From: Candidatus Woesearchaeota archaeon
Lineage (GTDB): Archaea; Nanobdellota; Nanobdellia; Woesearchaeales; 0-14-0-80-44-23
Direction of reading: 5' to 3'
DNA: 64,000 bases
Assembly: GCA_038874135.1 (NCBI GenBank)
Contig: JAVZCZ010000001.1
Span: forward strand, 288,968-352,967
Shown here piece after piece: positions 59,601 to 64,000 of the stretch (the first letter of the stretch is position 1; every line of letters begins with the position of its first letter). Below the pieces are notes generated by a model. That model ran no database searches. It was not told the DNA's origin and saw only the letters and a program-made list of their open reading frames with translations. A program made the position numbers and the translations under genes.

Positions 59601-62600
59601 GTAGATGATGTAAAGGTTCCCAGTTGGGACAACTGGATAGTATATCTTGACACTTATTACTCAAATTATTACTCAAATGTTACTCTGAATTGCTCTGACT
59701 CTGCATCTGGTTGCAATAGGACTTATTACTGTACTTATAACATTGGAAACGAGAGCGAATGCAGCCCCAATATTGAGTCTTACCATAATCCAACTCAGTT
59801 TAACATATCCTGCGCCTTCAATTCCATCTGCACTAAAAAAGTCAGGTATTACAGCGTAGACACAGCTGGAAACTCAGAACAGATTAAGACGAGCGAGCCA
59901 ATATACATAGCAGTTAACTCTTATGTTAATAATACTAACGCTTCCAACTCCCAAGTGTATAATTGGTCAGATGTAAGGTATGCAAACCTTGAAAACTCAG
60001 TAGTAGATGGATGCTATGTCAGAAATTCCGTAATAATTAATTCAACAATAGTTAAAAATGCAGATTATACTACGCAGTGCAGAATAATTAATTCTGTAAT
60101 TACAAATTCAAAGATTGTAAGTTCAGAAGTTGTTGATAGTGTTGTAGATGAGTCAGACATTACAGGCAGCAGAATTGAATATTCAAATGTATTCCAAACT
60201 ATTGCATACTACAGTATAATCCGAATTACACAGATGCCCTGCGGCGGATTCGGAATGGTTGGCTCAGTAATAAGAGATGGAATACTTACCTCAGGATATG
60301 TGCGATATGGGGACTATGTTTATTACGCTCCAAAGAACATATCTGAAATATGCACGGGAATGCTGCCGAGGCCTGTTGGAACCTTGATTGCCAGCCCAGC
60401 TGTTGTTAGGAATGGAAGCGTGGTTAATTTAACTTACATTGGTAACGATGTCGGCTTTTCAGTGTTTGTAAATTATAGCGAGTTGAATTATGAGGAAAGC
60501 CTTATTGAATTGAAGGATGATGGCATTTATCCTGATTTGAGAAAGGATGATGGAGTATACACTGGCAGCATAGTTGTTAACATGGATGGAGACGGCGTTA
60601 AGATATTGAGGGCAGAGATTAATGACAATGTCAGAAATGTACTGCACACCAACACCGCTGTGATTTTGGACAATACCCCGCCGTATGTTCAGTTTAAAAT
60701 AGATGGCGGAAAAACAAATACTACTACAAGACATGTAGTTTTAAATATTGAATTTAGAGATGCCAATGGGGTATCTGCCTGCAGGTATGCTAATGAAGAC
60801 CTAAACTGGACTGCTTGGGAAGCGTGCTCTTCAACTAAGGCTTGGCTGCTCAGTGCTGGAAGCGGGGTTAAGGGTGTATTTGTTGAAGTTATGGATGTTG
60901 CTGGTAATATTGCTACCGTTAATGATTCAATACTGCTTATGGAAGGAGTGTACGATACTACGCCTCCTGAGAATCTTACTGTAATTGATGATGGTAATTA
61001 TACTAATAGCAATTCCACCTTGCATGCAAGGTGGAGTGCATTTGACCGCGAGTCAAAGGTGTTCTACCTTTACAGGATTGAAGAAGCAGATGGCGCTTGC
61101 GTGCCAATTTCTGGAAGCTGCGGTTGGCAGGACGCATTAGATGCTTCTGAAGTTACTGTTAACAATTTGACATTGGAAGAGGGACGCACTTACAGGTTCT
61201 GCGTTATAGCTCAGAATGCTTACTTCATAAACAGTTCTGAAGTTTGCTCTGACGGCATAACAACCGACTTTACTAATCCGCGAATTGATTATCTGCACGG
61301 AAGCATTCCTGAAGGCAGCTGGAGCAATTCAAACCTTGTGTTATTCTCCTGGAATGCTACTGATCCTGAATCAGCTGGAGTTTCAAGCGGAATATATGCT
61401 TACAGCTATGTCTTGGATTCAAAAAATGACACTACTCCTGACGAGGTGCCTGAAGGGGTTTTGGGAATGTTAAACAATGAGACTAATACTGCATTTTCAA
61501 ACCTGAAAGATGGAATATACTACTTCCATGTGAGAGCCAGAGACCTTGCAGGAAACTGGGGACCGGCCAGGCATTATGAAATTAGAATAGACAGAACACC
61601 TCCCACTACGCCTTTTATGCTGAATTCAAACCAGAGCACTAACACTAATGTAGTAATATTTAACTGGCTTCCGGCAATGGACTATGCTAGCGGCGTTGCT
61701 GGCTACTATCTCTCAGTGTACAGGACTGATACTGGAGCTTATATTCTTAACAACTCCTGGATTGGAAATGTCACTACATATCATGTTTCAGCAATAAATG
61801 GGGTTACATATCACGCATATGTCAGAGCAGCTGATAATGCTGGAAACATCGGTTTTGATTCGGACGTGGCTGGTGCAACTTATGATAATGAGCCGCCTAA
61901 GATAACTTTTAAGAAGCCAATCCCTGAAGGAATAGTGGTTAGCAATCAGCCAATTTTAACCTTAGATACTGATGAATATGCAAGTTGCAGTTATAATGGA
62001 GTTGAGTTTGCATATACCAACTCTACACATCACGAATCAAGAGTTACTGTTCTAGAAGGCCAAACTACAACATTTTCAATAATCTGTAGCGACAGGGTTG
62101 GCAATCAGGTGTCTGACTTCATAACTTTCACGGTCAATACAAGTGTAACTCCTGATTCAATTGAGATCATCTCTGTTGAGTCTCCTGCATATGCTAACAT
62201 TCCCGTAAGGGTTGTGATTCAGGTTAAAAAAAGCGGAGTTGTATTACAAGAATTGGACAGAGATAGGTTCCACCTGTGGCTTAACGGGAGTGAGCTTAAA
62301 GAGTTTAGCATAATCTCAATGGGTGCAAATTATACTCTTACATTCCTGGCTCCTGCCAAATCCGGGCTCTATTCCCTAGTAGTAGGAGTAGACTCTTTAA
62401 AGAGCAGCTCCAAGAGTCTGGAGGTTAGCGATTTAAGTTTGCTTTTGATGTATGAAGGCGCACTCTCATCCACCAAGACAACTGAAAAGATGACCTACGC
62501 TGTTGAGAGCAATCACAGCATAGGAATTGCTTCTGACAGCTCAAAAGTTATCACTGAGAGCTCTTCAGGACAGCTTTCTGTCTATTCAGATGCTTCGGGA

Positions 62601-62870
62601 AGCGCTTACATATTTATAGTGAAGCCTGAGGAGAAGCCCGAAAGCAGGACTGGTTATCTTAAGAGTGGAAAGTTCCAGGAGATACAGTCGCCGGCCTTTG
62701 GATATAGAATTACGGCTGACAAGTATTTCATTAAGAATATACTCTCATACTCTGACATATTGCTGAATATGCCCCGAGAGCTTGGTCCTGGAACTCACAC
62801 TTTGATAATTAAGAATAATGGGCTGCTTCCGGATGGAAGGGTGAATATTAGCATAAGTGTGGTGAGCTGA
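53661..62870 (+). CDS. Giant (3069 aa) secreted/cell-surface protein with repeated Cys-pair Ig/Fn3-like modules, very many N-x-S/T sequons and a beta-helix-like segment
   Basis: N-terminal signal anchor. Recurring about 100-aa modules (..TTS.. YTFNTWTKS .. C..C) and Fn3-like segments (SWSAPSDVGCSSVAGYQVEIY...YSWRVKAKDALNNWGSWS). Short IxNSxI-type repeats near aa 2110-2180. Confidence 0.7.
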   Translation: MRRKKKTGLGKKRWIFEIRKIQLLYLLIAFLLIIYGFFPSDKEAYFGFKAFAYTCTISSITESSNYAYASGTNVYYANLGTGTFTVNVDAATNIGDCEGGTATVYNVQFPNTVSSGGLDSASPWAWSYTFTSGNTNSYLSQWVTCTYQCTYNGDVWYPSMNSINTFNVYYDSAAPTIGAPVMYAGTRTGDSSGSYFKGTISIRSTISDSGSGILNPSCMVSINGGAWTSSGVTQDASYCYYNNYAPGADFNIKFNVSDNTGRTSASSTSTFYYDATAPTTSVSAVLKGTSTSYTFNTWTKSNITVNGSYCSDAGSGCYATHVCVDSSNSCIPSSNPIPIDVTCSAGSVCTQYVRYNSTDALANYEITKSSTILIDMQSPTTTATAVNSTGASYTFNTWTKSPYVNVTLTCNDASGSGCSLTQYCTDTTNTCTPTTTYTTPVQINAQGISYIRYNSTDNAGNTETTQSKTIKIDTTAPTTSINPNGQSCSATQPSVTLSCSDSYSGCSATYYKIVSAATTCDTTGMSLAAGNVPVNCTQGSYCTNKICTYSVDNVGNSESVVSSNIYYIDLAGPNAPTGLSPSGSCLGTSTPSLSWSAPSDVGCSSVAGYQVEIYTTSDCSGTALQTGYPSSNSWTPSALSTGTYSWRVKAKDALNNWGSWSACALMYIDVSAPSTTISPNGRAWNNTDVTGIILSASQVGCGSAGSTYYKVVSSGTVCNTSGMSTYAAPFDITCPAGSVCTYKVCYYSTDIYGNTETLKSSNIYYIDKQNPNCSVSAISEDSGNSYQYVSGTTIYYSNTDSRAGSFTVNVSASDGSGSGIAKVYFPETVSSGFNDTAAPYSLQYSWDSSDTYSGTATIYVYDSVNNYNSCTFTIVRDISAPSGGSINYFSGVTNVVNQQINVSSGSDSESGVYTAQLYRQSAVLNIGDYTCGAYGALTAVGNSSPIKDYVLDTLSSGYCYKYIYNVSDNVGNVVSYTSSNEIKVDTNTPSIIFVPPTDGDGTATNRNYTFINVTSDKVLSSAVLEWSGTNESMLGSGNNWYKNKTGLAQGLYTYKVYGNDSVNNWGESLQRSIMIDWTSPATSFNPLNQSCSAAQPTVNITCTDNLAGCNKTYYKIINSTQTCNNTNIIEYTTPIQITCPAGEYCQQKICAYSTDLAANQETIKQSGNYTTDLAGPNPVTGLNPTNNTLLNQSSITFSWNSASDIGCAGISNYTINIYSDEACTSLTHTNTTTLTTYAIILSDGTYYWKVAAADALGNMGSWSNCTKLIVDTTPPNTSFVPNSQSCSAAQPTINITCTDNLAGCNKTYYKIINSTQTCNNTNTIEYTTPIQITCPAGQYCQQKICAYSTDLAANQETIKQSGNYTTDLAGPNPVTGLNPTNNTMTNDDTPTLSWNAASDIGCAGISSYHLEIYNGSGCSQLLISTSTTSTEYNTAHLEDGNYSWRVYAVDAFGNIGAWSNCSIIKIHTQGPPCAVTSISENSAFAYTLQSTIYYNNKSSGAYTVNVEVNNSGSGIANVTFPAATSPGGVDSVSPYFWDYNFNLASSYSGTATIYAYDTIGNNESCSFSVYLDNVNPALTILGVPTQWQASDATISIECSDSGAGCNNSRIYYFMNQSGAHCPPFSEAQYHQYNTPFSVSAHTWMCGYVEDYVNNSNLSSPIEIRVDEIPPTSLITGPAAGSWFSSDFEVSTASSDSGGSGLNKCYYKVISSGVQTVDYTEYPCNSNITITVGSGKDCRYDGVDACEVQIYSEDVAGNPSEVDSRNFSIEFGAPQITIYDPGCSFDLTTIYYDIWTLNAGISSCSYEWSADGVSWNQTGFSSSGCVRGENNVLFNTSLCRASEFGNCTVRINATSVAGVTGSANFTFEVDNKAPQITILSTSSTEIWYGNLSTANITTAISENGCLANSCYYALSTNNGSSYGLWKPMSCNSVKNISIAEECPVEGLDICKVKVYANDSEHSGNEDEMAGAWDIDFTPPTTVDDVKVPSWDNWIVYLDTYYSNYYSNVTLNCSDSASGCNRTYYCTYNIGNESECSPNIESYHNPTQFNISCAFNSICTKKVRYYSVDTAGNSEQIKTSEPIYIAVNSYVNNTNASNSQVYNWSDVRYANLENSVVDGCYVRNSVIINSTIVKNADYTTQCRIINSVITNSKIVSSEVVDSVVDESDITGSRIEYSNVFQTIAYYSIIRITQMPCGGFGMVGSVIRDGILTSGYVRYGDYVYYAPKNISEICTGMLPRPVGTLIASPAVVRNGSVVNLTYIGNDVGFSVFVNYSELNYEESLIELKDDGIYPDLRKDDGVYTGSIVVNMDGDGVKILRAEINDNVRNVLHTNTAVILDNTPPYVQFKIDGGKTNTTTRHVVLNIEFRDANGVSACRYANEDLNWTAWEACSSTKAWLLSAGSGVKGVFVEVMDVAGNIATVNDSILLMEGVYDTTPPENLTVIDDGNYTNSNSTLHARWSAFDRESKVFYLYRIEEADGACVPISGSCGWQDALDASEVTVNNLTLEEGRTYRFCVIAQNAYFINSSEVCSDGITTDFTNPRIDYLHGSIPEGSWSNSNLVLFSWNATDPESAGVSSGIYAYSYVLDSKNDTTPDEVPEGVLGMLNNETNTAFSNLKDGIYYFHVRARDLAGNWGPARHYEIRIDRTPPTTPFMLNSNQSTNTNVVIFNWLPAMDYASGVAGYYLSVYRTDTGAYILNNSWIGNVTTYHVSAINGVTYHAYVRAADNAGNIGFDSDVAGATYDNEPPKITFKKPIPEGIVVSNQPILTLDTDEYASCSYNGVEFAYTNSTHHESRVTVLEGQTTTFSIICSDRVGNQVSDFITFTVNTSVTPDSIEIISVESPAYANIPVRVVIQVKKSGVVLQELDRDRFHLWLNGSELKEFSIISMGANYTLTFLAPAKSGLYSLVVGVDSLKSSSKSLEVSDLSLLLMYEGALSSTKTTEKMTYAVESNHSIGIASDSSKVITESSSGQLSVYSDASGSAYIFIVKPEEKPESRTGYLKSGKFQEIQSPAFGYRITADKYFIKNILSYSDILLNMPRELGPGTHTLIIKNNGLLPDGRVNISISVVS
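56924..57818. repeat. Near-perfect direct duplication with 588-bp period (two about 310-bp near-identical cores) inside the giant gene
   Basis: cagagctgctcagcagcacagccgaca... recurs at 56924 and 57512 with only a handful of substitutions over about 300 bp. Antisense and shifted-frame ORFs (56984..57271, 57326..57817) give identical peptides. Confidence 0.8.
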
Positions 62871-63391
62871 TGGTTCACAAGGTTAAGAGGGGACAGGTGT
62901 ATGTATTTGCTGCTCTTGTGATTTGCGTTTTACTCTACGCCCTCTATGCTGAAACTGGTTCAAAGAGTGTAAAGCTTAAGCAGTATAACAAATGCTCAGA
63001 ACTTGCGCGGGAGATTCCCAAGATGTTTGATTATGCGCTTTATTCAAACCAGAATGGGTTAAGCGTGCTTTCTGAGTTTAATAATAAATTTTCAGAGTAT
63101 GCTTTGGCATCTGGAGAGCCTCTTGGATTCGTATACGGAGCAGCCATTGATAGGAAGATTTATCTTGCAAGTAACTCTTGTAATGGCTGCGAACTCATAG
63201 TTTATTATTCAGACGGAAACGCTTCAGTTGTTGAAAACAACTGCTCTTATGAAGTTGAGGCTGAAAACATAAGCGGAATTGAACTGGTATTTCAAGGAAG
63301 AAACTACAGCATGATGCCAGAATCAATTTCGGGAATAAAGATTTTTTGCTATTCAGGAGATTCAAACAACTTACAGATAAATTATCAATAA
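62870..63391 (+). CDS. Putative archaeal type IV pilin-like protein (class III signal peptide)
   Basis: MVHKVKRGQ|VYVFAALVICVLLYAL fits a K/R-G-Q cleavage motif followed by a hydrophobic helix. The start overlaps the giant gene stop (TGATG). Confidence 0.35.
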   Translation: MVHKVKRGQVYVFAALVICVLLYALYAETGSKSVKLKQYNKCSELAREIPKMFDYALYSNQNGLSVLSEFNNKFSEYALASGEPLGFVYGAAIDRKIYLASNSCNGCELIVYYSDGNASVVENNCSYEVEAENISGIELVFQGRNYSMMPESISGIKIFCYSGDSNNLQINYQ

Positions 63392-63411
63392 GAAAAAAGA
63401 GGGGTTAGAAA

Positions 63412-63876
63412 ATGCGTTTTGGAAGAGGCAGCAGGAAGGGAGAGTCCGCCTGGATTGCCTGGGTGATGATAACTGCATTTATGGTCGTGATGGGCGCTCT
63501 TATCTATAAGTGGAGCTCCTCATATGCAGCAGCCTCTGCAGAGCAGGTTGAGGAAAATGCTTATAGAGAAAATTGTAGGGATGTTAGCGTAAATATTAAG
63601 GAAGCCTGCCAGGACAACTATACATTAACACTAAATATTGAAAATGTTGGAAGCGTTAATGTGGATAAGGTAATCATAAACATGTTTGACGCTTTTGGTT
63701 ATGGAGCGTCCAGAGAGCAAATGCTTAGAATAAAGCCTGGTTTGAGCAGCATGTGTACTTTTGTAAAGCAGTATGCAATCAGCACAGTTAAAGTTGTGCC
63801 CGCGATAAGAGTGAAAAACAAGTGGATAGTATGCTCTGAAAGGGAGGTGGAATTTACAGGGGTAAAGTATTGTTAA
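63412..63876 (+). CDS. Hypothetical small N-terminally anchored protein (possible pilin-like)
   Basis: MRFGRGSRKGESAWIAWVMITAFMVVMGALI N-terminus. Confidence 0.3.
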   Translation: MRFGRGSRKGESAWIAWVMITAFMVVMGALIYKWSSSYAAASAEQVEENAYRENCRDVSVNIKEACQDNYTLTLNIENVGSVNVDKVIINMFDAFGYGASREQMLRIKPGLSSMCTFVKQYAISTVKVVPAIRVKNKWIVCSEREVEFTGVKYC

Positions 63877-63933
63877 AAGAAAAAATATAAAAATAAAAAA
63901 AAGAAGTGAATAATTAAAAAGAGGTGGTATGAA

Positions 63934-64000
63934 ATGCCTGAAAAATTTAAAAAGGAATTTATAGATTTAGAAAAGAAGATTGTGGATGTCCAGCTTGAGA
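63934..64000 (+). CDS. ORF start running off window end (MPEKFKKEFIDLEKKIVDVQLE...), function unknown
   Basis: ATG preceded by the Shine-Dalgarno-like sequence gaggtgg. Only 22 codons are visible. Confidence 0.2.
   Translation, partial: MPEKFKKEFIDLEKKIVDVQLE

Overview
This window reads as an AT-rich archaeal chromosome segment. Archaeal/eukaryal-type core genes are present: RFC large subunit, class I CCA-adding enzyme, archaeal-type GlyRS, uS7, an OB-fold SSB with acidic tail, SMC and a tRNA-Phe. The size and sequon density of the surface protein, the patchy bacterial-type DnaK/DnaJ/GrpE set and the low GC suggest a DPANN-like archaeon (inference). Gene content by position: (i) 1-8.9 kb is a surface-glycosylation locus (GT2, two GT4, two SDR sugar epimerases/dehydratases, a GT-C-like membrane protein) flanked by a tandem cobalamin-radical-SAM gene running off the left edge. 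(ii) 8.9-17.4 kb is a very AT-rich block. It holds a B12-radical SAM gene and a minus-strand PqqD (RRE) -> radical SAM/SPASM -> HPr-kinase-like P-loop kinase operon followed by an unannotated 36-aa ORF with a PqqA-like WKKP leader. It also holds a paralogous GT-C-like membrane protein, an unknown membrane-anchored protein and a 601-aa YcaO-domain protein. I consider this the most likely candidate for an undescribed RiPP-like peptide modification system. (iii) 17.5-53 kb is housekeeping: uS7, GT2, an APC-permease::methyltransferase fusion, a Dph2-like fragment, the heat-shock operon hsp20-grpE-ykgJ-like-dnaK-HD-dnaJ-M50, cysS, a DEAD-box helicase, a ValRS-like synthetase, rfcL, glyS, ssb, tRNA-Phe, a PIG-L deacetylase, GT4, smc and cca. 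(iv) 53.5-64 kb is a small RHH regulator, with stop/start overlap into a 3069-aa sequon-rich surface protein containing a 588-bp near-perfect internal duplication, followed by two small pilin-like ORFs. I found no CRISPR array, transposase or integrase. All calls come from reading the translations for motifs; no database search was possible.
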